In this document: piece after piece, positions 1 to 13,044 of the stretch
Position numbering within the stretch: the first letter of the stretch is position 1
Layout: each line of letters begins with the position of its first letter
Assembly: GCF_006345805.1 (NCBI RefSeq)
Contig: NC_042999.1
Coordinates: 992,001 to 1,056,000, forward strand
Direction: 5' to 3'
From: Octopus sinensis
Taxonomy: Eukaryota
DNA: 64,000 nucleotides
Program-made: the position numbers and the translations under genes
The notes under the pieces: generated by a model
Database searches by the model: none
Seen by the model: only the letters and a program-made list of their open reading frames with translations
Told to the model about the DNA's origin: nothing

Positions 1-984
1 CATAAATTATCTACAGCTTTTAGTAATATCTTAAAGAATAACAAGAAACGAACAGGAATGAAAGAAATATATAAAAGTCTATAAAAAGTGTCTGTTTTAT
101 AAAAAAATGAAAGAAAACGAACAGTAAAAGTGATTGATAATCAAAGCGAAGTTTATAGTTGTACAAAGCTACATGTTTCGACAACCAACCTTTTAACATC
201 TTTTGAGTTAGTGAAATAATTCTTTTCAATCTCACTAAAGGTCTCAGTTAAATATCTTGGATTAGGTAAGCTGACAAATTGGAAATGAAAGTCAGACATT
301 TATGAAGCTTATCCCCAATAAATCAGTATTCTTCACTCATTTCTTCCCTATAATCTGCCTGCATTTATTCCGTCCACCTCTACACCACCTACTTCACTTA
401 CTTTCCTTCTCTCTCTTTCTTTCTCTCTCTGCATCTTTCTACCCCTCTCTGTCACATTTTGTTCCTCACTTCCTCTCTCTCACCCTCTTCACAGGCTCTA
501 CTTTTCACATTTTCACACCAAATTACAGGTCATCGTCATTGTTGTATTATACTTATTAATTTCCTTCTCGTCCCTTTATCTCTATGGTCAACCGAGTCAG
601 CTCTGTTAGACAGATTCCAGTAAAGTAAATGCATTAATACCAGAAATACACTCCATAGACGCATAAAAGCACACACAGACACACACACAAGCGTACATAG
701 ACATACAAAAGCCCACATTAACACGAACACCTCGGCTATTCACAAAAAAATGCAGCGATTTAATAAATCTACATATTTTTCTTTTACAACAGTACACTGT
801 AATCTTCTCTTTTAGTTGCTGCTGTGATAGAACTTTCTAGGTTCGGCATTATGGAATGAAATCGGACACTACGTGCATCTGAAAAACACTTTTTAACCAC
901 ACAAATTAGTTAATCCTCTGCAACAGTGTTTTGAATGACCTCCTTTAAAGTACTAGAGTACTGCTTTCATATGCTGGTTTCATG

Positions 985-1190
985 CTTTGGCACTAGGCCA
1001 GGAATTTCAGGGGAGAGGTTAAATCCATCATATTGATGCCAAAGCTTGGCTCATATTTATTTTATCGATTCCGAAAAGATGAAAGGCAAAGTCAAGCTCA
1101 AATGAATTTGATCTTTTTTATGAAAAGACGGATGAAATGCCGCTGCGCACTTTCCCCGTCGTGCAAACAATTCTACCAGTTCGCTGCAAG
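985..1190 (-). mobile_element. SINE family A, degraded copy
   Basis: Diverged match to the family A core (ttatcgattccgaaaagatgaaaggcaaagtc) seen in many other copies in the window. Confidence 0.6.
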
Positions 1191-1304
1191 AGTTATTCTT
1201 ATACAAAACGTCCAGATACAGCTGTAAAATTATACAATTTTAATGACTAGCGAATAGGTACTCACCACAAACTTTCATTCTTACCTAGATTTCTTTCTTT
1301 TTCG

Positions 1305-1603
1305 TCCTTTTCAAGCCCCGCCAGGCTCATGGACCCAGTTTCCTGGTTTCTGTGGCATATGTGTTCCTTCTAGCTGGACGGGACGCCAGTCCATCGCAGC
1401 GTTACTCAAGAAATAGGAAGAGAGAGTGAGAGAAAGTTGTGGCGAAAGAGTACAACAGGGGTCGCCACCACCCCCTGCCGGAGCTCGTGAAGCTTTTAGG
1501 TATTTTCGCTCAATAAACACACACAAAGGCTGTTCTGGGAATCGAAACCGCGATCCTCCGACCACGAGTCCGCTACCCTAACCACTGGGCCTTTGCGCCT
1601 CCA
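1305..1603 (-). mobile_element. tRNA-derived SINE family C, tail type 1 (Meta/V-domain-like)
   Basis: Reverse complement reads GGAGGCGCAAAGGCCCAGTGGTTAGGG..GGTTTCGATTCCCAG (A/B boxes), then CTGCGATGGACTGGCGTCCCGTCCAG. Confidence 0.8.
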
Positions 1604-1631
1604 CCTTACCTAGCTTAGCAAACGAAATATA

Positions 1632-1758
1632 CTTTTCTTCTCGAAGCACAAGGCCCGAAATTTTAGGGAGGTGGGGCAGTCGATTAGATTGACCCTAGTA
1701 CGCAACTGGTACTTAATTTATCGTCAACAAAAGCATGAAAGTCGACCTAGGCGGAATT
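1632..1758 (-). mobile_element. SINE family A, 5'-truncated, flanked by a TTAGC(A/C)AACGAAATATA duplication
   Basis: 3' half of family A; direct repeats at about 1615-1631 and 1757-1773. Confidence 0.75.
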
Positions 1759-2652
1759 AGCCAACGAAATATAGTCTTAGCGATAGTGAGGAATGGAAAC
1801 AGCCATTTCGAGCGCAGGTAAAAAAGGGTCACAAATTTGTCCCGTCCTATCATATCCGTATATTAGAGTGGAGACGCTAAAATTATGTTTGCCTCTAAGC
1901 ATCGAAAGCCCTTACTATGCCACAGCTTCTTAGAGTTAGATTGATCTACCTTAAAATACAGCAACGTTCTTTCAAACCACGTGCAAATTAAAAGGACACA
2001 CTATACGATGTAGTCCATACAAACGGAAAGAAAAACGGTGAGGTCATGCTGGATTTATTTTCCTCAATCAAACCTCAGTGGGAGTCGAACATCAACCAAC
2101 ACGACGGTGCCCAAGCACTAAAGAGGGTGCCCCAGCATGGCCGCATCTCTCGACCTGCAATAAATTAAAGAGTTAACACTACCACCTCTACTACCATTAA
2201 CACCGCCTTCGCCACCACTTCCATCACCACCAACTGCTGCCTACCCAACGATAGGTTGTTATTTTCCTCCTCTTCTTCTTCTTCTGCTGCTGCTGTTTCT
2301 TCTAATGATGACGATGGTGATGACGATGATGGTCTAAATACGTTCATTATTTTGAATCATTTAAGACAAGTACATCGGGGGAGGTTTATGAAATTTACTC
2401 TCTCTCAAAAGAAATATGTATTTACAAATTGTCAAACTAGTCTTCAAACAGTTGCAGCTAATAAATTAGAAGATTTTTCAATTCATAAAATAATCATCCT
2501 TAATCAGTAATGGTTTGGACCAAATATAGATTAATTATTTACGCCATAACAATTTAGAACCTTCGAGAGGCGTAAAACAATTCATTTTTAACGGTGACAC
2601 TCGAAGCAGATAAAATAATAAATAGTAATGTGTGAATATTGAATTTAAAGAT

Positions 2653-2945
2653 GGAGGCACATGGCCTAGTGGTTAAAGCAGCGGATTCGCGGTCGAGGGA
2701 TCGCGGGTTCGAATCTCAGACTGGGCGATGTGTGTGTTTATGAGCGAAACACCTAAGCTTCACGCGGCTCCAGCAGAAGGTAATGGCGAACTTCTGCTGA
2801 CTCTTTCGCCACAACTGTCTCTCACTCCTTCCTCTTGCAGCTCACCTGCGACAAACCGGTGTCCCGTCCAGGTGGGGAATCTATACGCCAAGGAAAACGG
2901 GAAACCGGCCCTATGCTTCACAAGGGGCAAAAGGGATTAAGAAGA
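2653..2945 (+). mobile_element. SINE family C variant, tail type 1
   Basis: tRNA head TGGCCTAGTGG..GGTTCGAATCTC; body aaacacctaagcttcacgcggctcc; cctgcgacaaaccggtgtcccgtccagg. Confidence 0.8.
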
Positions 2946-3044
2946 AGAATTGAGTTTGAAACTCTGTAGATTGAAAAGGACCGAAGATTGATCCTGGGAC
3001 ACGAACGCGCTTAAACGTCTGTCATCTAATAAATTCTTTCTAAT

Positions 3045-3240
3045 TTTGGCACAATTTTGAGAGAAGGTGAAAGTCGATTACATCGACCTCGGTGCTCGAC
3101 TGGTTCTTATGTTATGGATTCGAGAGGATGAAAAACAAAGTCGACCCCGATGGTATTTGAAATCACAACCCAATGAGTTAGAAAAGAAAGGCCGCCAAAT
3201 ATTTCATCCGATGAGGTGATGATCCAGCCAGCTCACTGAC
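3045..3240 (-). mobile_element. SINE family A, degraded
   Basis: Diverged agtcgattacatcgacc..aaagtcgacccc..gccagctcactg. Confidence 0.55.
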
Positions 3241-4281
3241 AATCTGGCAGCTAATAAATTAGCTTGGTTTCAAATCTCTCGACCGCTTATATCTGAATGA
3301 TATTTTTCTTTTTTAAAGGAATGAAATGGATTAAAATAATGTATGAAATATATTATTATGACAGTCCCATTTAATAGAAAAAAAAATTAACAAAAATTCT
3401 TAATGCATATAATTTTTTTTTTCCATTTAAACGATGTTTGTTGTCTGTTGACGCATTCTCTAATATCAATTTATAACTGAGTCAGTTTTCATTTTCCCAA
3501 TGTGTTAACGTTTTGTAAATTGTCACAAAATATAAATCAGTTTTAACGGGTTATAAATTATATCTCACCGCCACTCACTTCGTCACAGAAATCTTTTTTA
3601 TTCCTTCTTTATTTAATGTCTCTTAAAGCATGTCAGACACTCGAACTATTGTTTAGTTTAGTAATTTAATATCAGTCAATATTTTTTTGATAAAAAAAAA
3701 ACAAAAAAAAAAAAAATCGCATTAATGAAACACTTGTCCATGAACGGAAAAACAGTAAATCAATTATTACAAAGATGATAAGGAAAACTTGTGAAAATGT
3801 ATTATATATTCTATATTTTCTAAACAAAGCGGGAAACTGAGGGGCAGGGTTAAGTGGCAATCTAAGATATTTTATAGTATTTATTAACGTTGAACTAACG
3901 TTCAAATCTACGCTGAACTTTTTCTTTCATCTCTCTGGAGTCAATAAGTAAAATATTGAGCTGTCAGATAAATTCATTTGTTTTTATTTTTGTTGGCACT
4001 CCGTCGTCATATTTCTGAAAAGAAGAAAATAATTTATTTAAATTTCATAAACGATAAACAAAAGATGTAGAAGAAGGAATAAAGCGACAAAGACGCACAA
4101 AACGCTATGGTTGAAAACATATACTTTTCGTTGTAACGCATATTTCGCAGGCGTGGCTGTGTGGTAAGACGTCTGGGGTTTTTATTCTTGTATCATTATC
4201 TCCAATTTTGTTCCATATATTTTCAAATTTAGTATATGGATTAAGTTTTTATACTAATTATCAAAATGAAAATCATTTTCC

Positions 4282-4953
4282 GGATCTTTTCACTTTAATC
4301 GGTGGATTTTTATATAATCTCTTTGTAACTAAACACTTTTAAACTTCGTATACTGATAGAATGTGTTACATAAAACATCTTTTTCTCTTGGCTTTCTTGA
4401 TAAAATTCTGTAGTTTGTATGCTATTTGTTGTTAAATTTCTTGCATTTCGGCAATTTCAACCAATCAAAGACGTCTATTGGGGTGAATATAATTTCTGTT
4501 GTTGTTTGTCAACAACTTCCTGCGGTCTCTATTTAGTTTGTCACTGTTATTTATGACATATTTCATATCAGTCACGTTCGTATGAATAAAAGATTGTGGG
4601 GTTAGGGTTAGGGTTTGGGTTAGGGTTAGGAGGAAGGGTTTCTTTTTTCTTCAGAAATGTAAATAAACCCACGTGCGTTTATAAGTGACAGCTACACTGC
4701 CGGAAGTTCTTGTTGAACTTGTTGACAAACAACAGCAGAAATCGTATTCACCTCAATAGACGTCATTGATTGGTTGAAATTGCCGAAATGCAAGAAATTT
4801 AACAACAAATAGCTTACAAACTACAGAATTTTCTCAAGAAAGCCAAGAGAAAAAGATTTTTTATGTAACACATTCTACCAGTATACGAAGTTTAAAAGTG
4901 TTTAGTTACAAAGAAATTTTTTTTTAAATCTGCCGGTCAAAATGAAAAGATCC
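4282..4953. mobile_element. Foldback/MITE-like DNA element with about 240-bp inverted arms and central (GGGTTA)n
   Basis: Termini GGATCTTTTCA..TGAAAAGATCC; arms at about 4282-4520 and 4715-4953 are reverse complements; telomere-type repeats at about 4599-4630; flanks cattttcc/tattttcc (7 of 8 match). Confidence 0.85.
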
Positions 4954-5227
4954 TATTTTCCTATAATTTATAATTAAAATGTTATTAGCTTTTAAAGTTT
5001 GCAAAATTTGGGGATTTTAGCCAATCAGAAACGAGGGTTTTACACATAACCGTGAAGTTCTGTTAGCGTAGTAAGCAAAGAACTCTGTTTCCATAGTAAC
5101 CTAGGTGAGTAACCACCACGTGTTCTATAACTGTTTGCAAAGAACTCTGTTGTCATAGTAATCAAAGATGCCACGCATGCGTACAAGAAGTGTAATCACC
5201 ACGTACATAATAATAAATATATCTCTC

Positions 5228-5603
5228 TCTATATAAACGGCAGTTTGTCTGTGTGTGTTTCTGTGTGTCTGTTTGCTTGTACCCTCACTCTGACCACGGC
5301 TTTCAACCGATTCTGATGAAACTTGACACACACATAGCCCAATGTCATAATTCAAAACTAACGCAGCGAAAATTTTGAAAAGTTCCCCCAGTTCTGAAAA
5401 AGATCGATAAATTCGACATGGGGTCGACAATCAGAAACACAAACCACAGATGGTCTAGGGGACGCAACTCGACCTTTTTAACTATCAAAAAATTTACCAT
5501 CATTTTTTCCCCATTTTTTTGCTATTTTTTGGCTGTAACTCTCTAAAAATGCTTTATAGTTATTTCCCTTACAAACCCGAGCAACGCCGGGCGATACTGC
5601 TAG
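5228..5603 (+). mobile_element. Non-autonomous Helitron
   Basis: 5' TCTATATAAA, 3' CTAG followed by T, subterminal GC-rich hairpin CCCGAGCAACGCCGGG about 10 bp from the end; these are Helitron hallmarks. Confidence 0.85.
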
Positions 5604-5781
5604 TAGTATATAAACGCGCGTAGTCTATTTACTAATTATATACTATTTATTTATTATCATGTACTTTATTGAGATTTAGGTAAATATTTTTTCGTATCTT
5701 TTGTTGTTTCTATATGGTGTGATTTACGTCTATCATTGTTTTAATTGCTTAATAGTGGTTTTTCTCTAATTTATATATATA

Positions 5782-6148
5782 CTAGCAGTATCGCCCGGCG
5801 TTGCTCAGGTTTGTAAGGGAAATAACTATAAAGCATTTTTAGAGAGTTATAGCAAAAAAATGGAAAAAAAATGATGGTAAATTTTTTTTGAGAGTTAAAA
5901 AAGGTCGAGTTGCGCCCCCTAGACAGTCTGTGGTTTGTGTTTCTGATTCTCGACCCCATGTCGAATTTATCGATTTTTTTACGAACTGGGGGAACTTTTC
6001 AAAATTTTCGCTGCGTTAGTTTTGAATTATGACATTGGGCTATGTGTGTGTCAAGTTTCATCAGAATCGGTTGAAAGCAGTGGTCAGGGTGAGGGTACAA
6101 CCAAACAGACACACAGAAACACACACAGACAAACTGCCGTTTATATAG

Positions 6149-6149
<1 letters not shown>
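5782..6149 (-). mobile_element. Non-autonomous Helitron, second copy (inverted)
   Basis: Near-identical reverse complement of 5228-5603, including both termini. Confidence 0.85.
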
Positions 6150-6206
<57 letters not shown>

Positions 6207-6639
6207 TACGACGGGCTTTTTTCAGTTACCGCCTACCAAATCCACTAACAAGGCTTTGGTAGGCCCGAGGCTATAGTAGAAGAAAATTGCCTAAGGTGAC
6301 ACGCAGTATGACCGAACTCTTTAACAATTCACAATAATGACTTTTATAACTTTTATTCCTACCTCAGTTCATCTAATTGTATATACCTATCGTTACTTTT
6401 CATAAAAAAGCCTTTACCTTTTTAGATTTTCAATGTGCATTTTCGCTTATTTTTCTTCTTCCTTTTCACCTATATATAATGATATATATTTTCCAACGCA
6501 TTGAATTAACACACAAATAGCTGAATTTTCCCCAGACACAGAGAGCCACTTAATGATATTCTTAGGTGGAACGTGCACGACACTGTATGACACGGCTGAA
6601 CATTTGAATTACATATTTCTGTCTACCCAATTTCATACG

Positions 6640-6676
<37 letters not shown>

Positions 6677-6859
6677 AGAGATACACACATACGCAACATA
6701 TACAGATATAGACTGAAAGATATACAAACATATTTATGCATAGGTATATACAAAAGGTATTCAGAAAACCAAGCAAACACACAGCACACTTACTCATACA
6801 ACCGTGCGTACACACACTTGGGATTGAGCTTAGTCATCCATCTTAATAATAATGTTTTC

Positions 6860-7265
6860 AAATTTTGGTACAAACTAGCAATTTTAGAAGGAATGGGTCA
6901 CTCGATACGATTGACCTGCTTAACTGGTATTTCACTTTATCGATCCAAAAGAGATGAAAGGCAAAGCTGGCACGGTGGAATTTGAGTTCAGAATATAACG
7001 AGCCGGAAGAAATGCGAATTAGAATTTTGTTCTACGCACTAATTATTCTGCCAGCTCACCCTACAATAACCGTTTCAAACATAGGCGACAGGCCAGAAAT
7101 TTAGTGGAGAAGTAGTACAGCCAATTATTTCGGCAGTAATATTTGGCTGGTATCTTATCTTATTGATCCTCAAAAGATGGAACTTTAAATTAATATGAGT
7201 AAGACTCGAATTCAGAACGCGAAATTCTGGAACAAATACTGTAAAACATTTTAGTCCGACACTAA
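6860..7265 (-). mobile_element. Two degraded family A SINEs
   Basis: gatgaaaggcaaagc..ggaatttgagttcagaat..tctgccagctc, followed by a second, more diverged copy. Confidence 0.5.
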
Positions 7266-7992
7266 CCATTCTGTCAGTTCGCCGCATTAATTGAAAAAGC
7301 AGTGAAAAAGATTTATAAATTTATGTATGGAAATAGAATCTAGATTATACATGGAGATGCTCCGACATGGCGTCGGTCCAAGGACAGAAACAATTAAATA
7401 GCAAACGAATGGAACATGGATTATACATGAGACTTACCGTTTATTAGAATTAGCTCGGTCGATCCATCAAATTCCTGGTTTTCGATAAGTGTTTGCCAGC
7501 TGACAGGAAAATATTTTTATATAATTATGTACAGTTACATTTCACAAGTTCATTGACATCTGGAGATAGAAAGACAATACGCTTAAGGAGAATTTTTTCT
7601 CTTGAGACATCTGCTATCATATCAACATATAAATGTACATAACTATACATAATGCTGCTGGGTGAGTCTCTAATTAAAATATTTCTATTATTTCCCTCCA
7701 GAAGGTTTCTAATCGGGCAACTGTCTTCCACAATAGTGTCAAGCCGACCAAAGACTTGTGAGTGGTTTTCGGAGACGAAAAATGAAACGGTGAGAGAAGC
7801 CAGACTTAAATATATATGTATTATTTAATAATCACAGTATACGTTTTCATGTGGTCTCAGCACATGGAACTAATCGTAGCACATGAAGACATATATTGTG
7901 ACTTATTTGTTTGTTTAATAATATTTATGTCTCACGAGATGGAGTACTTTTTGTTGATTTTACCAACAACGAACAGTACACTATATATCTAT

Positions 7993-8188
7993 TTTTTACT
8001 ACCCACAAGGGGCTAAACACAGAGGAGACAAATAAGGACAGAAAAACGGATTAAGTCTATTACATCGACCCCAGTGCGTAACTGGTACTTAATTTATCGA
8101 CCCCGAAAGGATGAAAGGCAAAGTCGACCTCGGCGGAATTTGAACTCAGAACGTAACGCCAGACGAAATACGGCTACGCATTTCGCCA
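7993..8188 (-). mobile_element. SINE family A (nested in a degraded family B copy at about 7700-8550)
   Basis: Well-preserved core ACTGGTACTTAATTTATCGACCCCGAAAGGATGAAAGGCAAAGTCGACCTCGGCGGAATTTGAACTCAGAACG. Confidence 0.85.
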
Positions 8189-9029
8189 GTACACTATATA
8201 TATGTGTGTGTCTGTGTGTGTGTGTGTGTATGCACATATACATATATATGTATATATATGTGTATGTGTGTGCGTGTGTGTGTGTGTATGTATGTATATA
8301 TATGCATGTATGTACGCGTTTATATGTGTAGGTGTGTATATCATTCCGCTTGTCTGTACTCGACAACTGGTGTTGGTTTGTTTATGTCCACCTAACATAG
8401 CGGTTCGACCAAAGAGATAGATAGAATAAGTACCAGACTTTAAGAATATATATACGGACTGGCATCGATTTATTCAACTAAAGAAAAAGAAATCTTCAAG
8501 ACAGTACACCAGCATGGCCACAGTCCAATCACCGAAACAAGCGAAAGATAAAGAAACAAAGAAGATTTATTTCATAAGAGACATCAACAATTAATTTCTG
8601 TCCAACCAGTCGCAAATGAATTAAATATAACCTCGGATGATTCTTGTTCTACTTGTCAAACAGTCTAGCATTTTTAACCTTACAGCAACTGTGCAATTCG
8701 TGGCAATGAAAATTTTACATCACAAATTTACATTTAATTCGAGTGTTAGCGTCTGTTTAATAATTTTTCTCTTCTGTGCCTGAACAAATGTCTGAATATA
8801 TTGATTGAAAAGTGTTATGTATTTATAGAACTTGTGGAATATTTTAAAATATGAAACTTCTCAAACAAAATTTTACTTGGTGAACTCTGCTGAATCAAAA
8901 ATTTACCATACACATCGTTTTCTATTGTTTTCCAAGCGACAATACGTTTCAAGATTAAACTAAAAATGGAAGATCATATGGGAACATTTAAATATATTTA
9001 AATGTGTCTGCATATTTACGTACGTTTGT

Positions 9030-9482
9030 TATGAATATATATATATGTATATATATATATATACATATATACATATATACATATAAGATATATATATATA
9101 TATATATGTATGTATATATATATACATACATACATATATATATATATATAATATACATACATATATATATATATAATATACATACATATATATATATATA
9201 ATATACATACATATATATATATATAATATACATACACACACACATATATATATATAAATAAAGGTATGTATGTGACTATGTGTCTGCTTGTACGTACGAA
9301 CGCCTACGAATTCATGTGTATATACACAGGTTTGTATGTACATATGCGTTTATATATTTGCATGGATATGTTTGTGTGTGTGTCTCTCTCTCTCACACAC
9401 ACATATAAATTAATATGTATATATCTATGCATACATATACATATATGTGAGTGTATGTATATATATATATATATATATATAT
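9030..9482. repeat. Compound (TA)n/(TACA)n/(CA)n microsatellite
   Basis: Directly visible. Confidence 0.95.
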
Positions 9483-10048
9483 AATCACAGTAAATGTAAA
9501 TGTGCAAACTTAGACATGTACGAATGCATATTTTATGATGAGAAACGTAATCACATAACTCGCAAATATTTGCGTAGTTATAATACTATAGTAACAGCTC
9601 TCGAATCAAACAGAATTTCTTTCACACTGTGGTTACAATTACACACAAACTCCTGCCTTTTATTCACAATAACTGTCTACGTTCAACACTACAACTATAC
9701 AAAGTTTGTTTATTTCCTTGTTATATTAGCATAGCACATTGCAATATCTATTGTTAATTAATAGGTTTAACAAGTGTGAAAGCCGGAGCCTCTTAGGTGT
9801 TTCATAGATTTGAATAAGTTTATGTTTGTTTTAGTGTAACGCTAGCAAGTATCGGTGCGATTATATGAGGAAATGGAAAGACGATGCCTGCGATCCTCAC
9901 AGAAGTTGCGTGGCGTTTACTGCTAGTTTGTAGCATGTTGTTATAATCAGTCAAGGATTATTCTGGGACTGTTCCTTTCGGCATGGAATCTAAATCAAAC
10001 ATGTACTCGATTTCCTTATTTAAAGACACATAACTAAATAAATAGCCC

Positions 10049-10050
<2 letters not shown>

Positions 10051-10100
<50 letters not shown>

Positions 10101-10114
10101 ACACACACACACAC

Positions 10115-10155
<41 letters not shown>

Positions 10156-10234
10156 CACTCATACACACATACATACATAAACACACATACGCGTATATAC
10201 ATATTTATTTATCTATAGATGGATAGATACATAA

Positions 10235-10282
<48 letters not shown>

Positions 10283-10376
10283 ATAGATATATAGAGATAG
10301 ATAGATAGATAGAAAGATAGATAGATAAATAGATATATAGAGATAGATAGACAGAAAGATAGATAGATAGATAAAT

Positions 10377-10425
<49 letters not shown>
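10051..10425. repeat. (CA)n-(TA)n-(GATA)n microsatellite block
   Basis: Directly visible. Confidence 0.95.
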
Positions 10426-10589
10426 CTGATAAAACTGACTTGGAAAAGGATGCATGGACTTCGATCATGTAATAATATAAATAATATATAAATGTATACA
10501 TACATACATATATGCATGTATTTATATATGTGTTTACAACAAACAAGATGAGGACTAGCAACCGTCAAATGTAAATAATGTAAATAAAA

Positions 10590-11075
10590 TTCGAAGAATG
10601 ACTAACAAATTTAGAAGTTCTAGTTACATTAGAACAACACATAAGTGTACTACTTATGGGAAGCTTCAATCTGCCGAATGTCAGATGGTTTGGGGGACTT
10701 TCTGTCCCAGGAATGGCACATTGGAAACAAGGACAGGGTAAGTCCCTCCTGAACCTCATCAACACTTTGTATATGGAACAAATAGTACTCCCACCAGCCT
10801 GGGCAGATAATATACTGGATCTCTGCTTCACAAATAATATGGGTCTCATCCATATTGTGGAAGTGACACCGACGCTACTCTCGTATCGCAACATGATAGA
10901 GCTGACTATGTACGGAGCAAAAGAAACCATGGATATGCAGCCTACAAGAAACTCACAAAATCTTTCCAGTTTGATCTTCCATAAAGTGTAAACAAATTGA
11001 GGAAGAGATCCTCAAACAAGACTGGCCTAAATGTCTCTCCTCACCGGACATCGATATGAAACTTCAACAATTCAT
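10590..11075 (+). pseudogene. Non-LTR retrotransposon (CR1/Jockey-group) APE endonuclease fragment
   Basis: LLMGSFNLPNVRW (GDFN motif), MEQIVLPPAWADNILDLCFTN (PTR..NILDL motif), LLSYRNMIEL (SDH motif, mutated). Confidence 0.85.
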
Positions 11076-11131
11076 ACACATACACACACAAACGTACACA
11101 TGTTGGATCTGAAACATAATAACGGATATAC

Positions 11132-11347
11132 TTTCTTTTCTACTCTAGGCAGAAGGCCCGGAATTTGGGGAGAGGGGGCCAGTCTATTAGATCGACCCCA
11201 GTGCATAACTGGTACTTAATTTATCGATCCCGAAAGGTGAAAGGCAAAGTCGACCTTGACGGAATTTGAACTCAGGACGTAACGGCAGACGAAATACAGC
11301 TACGCATTTCGCCCGGCGTGCTAACGTCCCTGCCAGCTCGCCGCCTT
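11132..11347 (-). mobile_element. SINE family A, full-length monomer
   Basis: Runs from the tail cttttctactctaggc to the head tgccagctcgccgcc; core resembles the Deu/Nin SINE domain (GCCTTTCATCCTTTCGGGGTCGATAAAT). Confidence 0.9.
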
Positions 11348-11404
11348 AATAATAAACAACTTTTGAAGGAGATGACTATAACAAGTAAAAAGAAAACTGA
11401 TGGA

Positions 11405-11783
11405 AAGTGCCACTCCATCGGTTGCGATGACGAGATTTCCAGTTGATCCGATTAACGGAACAGCCTGCTCGTGAAATTAACGTGAAAGTGGCTGAACACT
11501 CCACAGACACATGTACCCTTAATGTAGACGACTTCAGGGAGATTCAGCGTGACAAGGCTGGCTTCTTTGAAATACAGATACAACAGAAACAAGAAGAAAG
11601 AGTGAGAGAAAGTTGAGGTGAAAGAGTACAACAGGAGTTGCCACCACTTTCTGTCGGAGCCTCGTTGAACTTTTAGGTGTTTTCGCTAAAAAAATAAAAC
11701 TAACAACACCCGATATGGGAATCGAAACCGTGATCCTGGGACCGCGGGTCCGCTGCCCTAACCACTGGGTCATTGCGCCTCCA
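11405..11783 (-). mobile_element. SINE family C, tail type 2
   Basis: Head cattgcgcctcca at the right end; tail matches the copies at 50647 and 54675. Confidence 0.85.
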
Positions 11784-12167
11784 TTATGAAAAAGCAATAT
11801 AATAATGAAATGGAAAGAAATATAAATTCTTCTTATGGTAGCTGCCAACTTTCGGAATGGTTTTTTTCTTTGAACTTAGTAAGACAAAATGACAAGCTGA
11901 CAGTTTCGCATTATGTCTATTGTATACGATTCCTTGTTGACATATGAATTCTAATGGAAATACGCCACTTTCTTTAAAGATGTCAAAGGTAACGACATAA
12001 ATATCTGTGCTTTTCAGGTTTTTAGTAATATATTTTTTATCGCACTGCAGTAGTCAATGCCTACGCCGAAATTTCTCAGAAAAATCGTGAAATCACATTC
12101 TTGAGATGTTGTCTGTGTTGCGCTTTTGCTCAGAATCAAATTCTGTTTAAAACTACAATTGCTTAAA

Positions 12168-12520
12168 CAAGAATGGTTGCGTAGTAAGAAGCTTGCTTCC
12201 CAACCACATGGCTCTCCGTTCAGTCCCGCTGTGTGACACCTCAGGCAAGTGTCTTCTACAATAACTTCGGGCCGACCAAAGTCTTGTGAGTGGATCTGGT
12301 ACTCGGAAAATGAAAGGAGCCCGTCGTATATATGCGTGTGTGTGTGTGTGTGTGCATTTGTGCCCCTGCTATCGCTTGACAACCGATGTCGGTATTTTTA
12401 CGTCCCCGTAACTTAGCGGTTCGGCAAAAGAGGCTCGACAGAATAAGTTTTGGAGTTGAGTTGTTCGATTAAAGACGATGCTCCAGCATGGCCGCAGTCA
12501 AAATTACTGAAACAAATAAG
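12168..12520 (+). mobile_element. SINE family B (CORE-like, internal microsatellite)
   Basis: tRNA-like head, acctcaggcaagtgtcttctac (CORE-like), internal (TG)n, tail ccagcatggccgcagtc..ctgaaacaa. Confidence 0.8.
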
Positions 12521-12619
12521 AGAGCAAAATCATAAACATCATCTCTATTCGCGGCTGTTTCACTCCAGAAACATTCTTTAATTTGAAGTGGAAAGCAAGA
12601 AGTATATCATTGTATCAAC

Positions 12620-12993
12620 AAGCGAGTTGGCAGAAAGTTAGCAGGCCGGGCGAAATGCTTTGCGGTATTTCGTCTGCCGTTACGTTCTGAGTTCAAATTC
12701 CGCCGAGGTCGACTTGTCTTTCATCATTTCGTGGTCGATAAATTAAGTACCAGTTACGCACTTAATCCGTTTGTCTATCCTTGTTTCTCTTCTCTGTGTT
12801 TAGCCCCTTGTGGGTAGTAATGAAATAGGTATTTCGTCTGTCATTACGTTCTGAGTTCAAATTCCGCCGAGGTCGACTTTGCCTTTCATTCTTTCGGGGT
12901 CTGTAAATTAAGTACCGGATACGTACTGGGGTCAATCTAATCGACTGGCCCTCTCCCCAAAAATTTCGAGCCTTGTGCCTAGAGTAGTAAAGA
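12620..12993 (+). mobile_element. SINE family A, internally duplicated
   Basis: Two tandem GTTCTGAGTTCAAATTCCGCCGAGGTCGAC units, tail ttgtgcctagagtag. Confidence 0.85.
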
Positions 12994-13044
12994 ATATGTT
13001 TCTCATTCCTATTTTAAGGCGGCGAGCTGGCAGAATCGTTAGAA

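Noticed and set aside
4599-4630. True telomere or chromosome-fusion scar
   Set aside because: Only about five units, located at the centre of a mobile element whose relative at 19029 carries the same repeats.
8988-10568. Numerous YI/CV/HT/YLSI-rich ORFs here and throughout the window
   Set aside because: These are translations of (TA)n, (TG)n, (CA)n and (GATA)n microsatellites.
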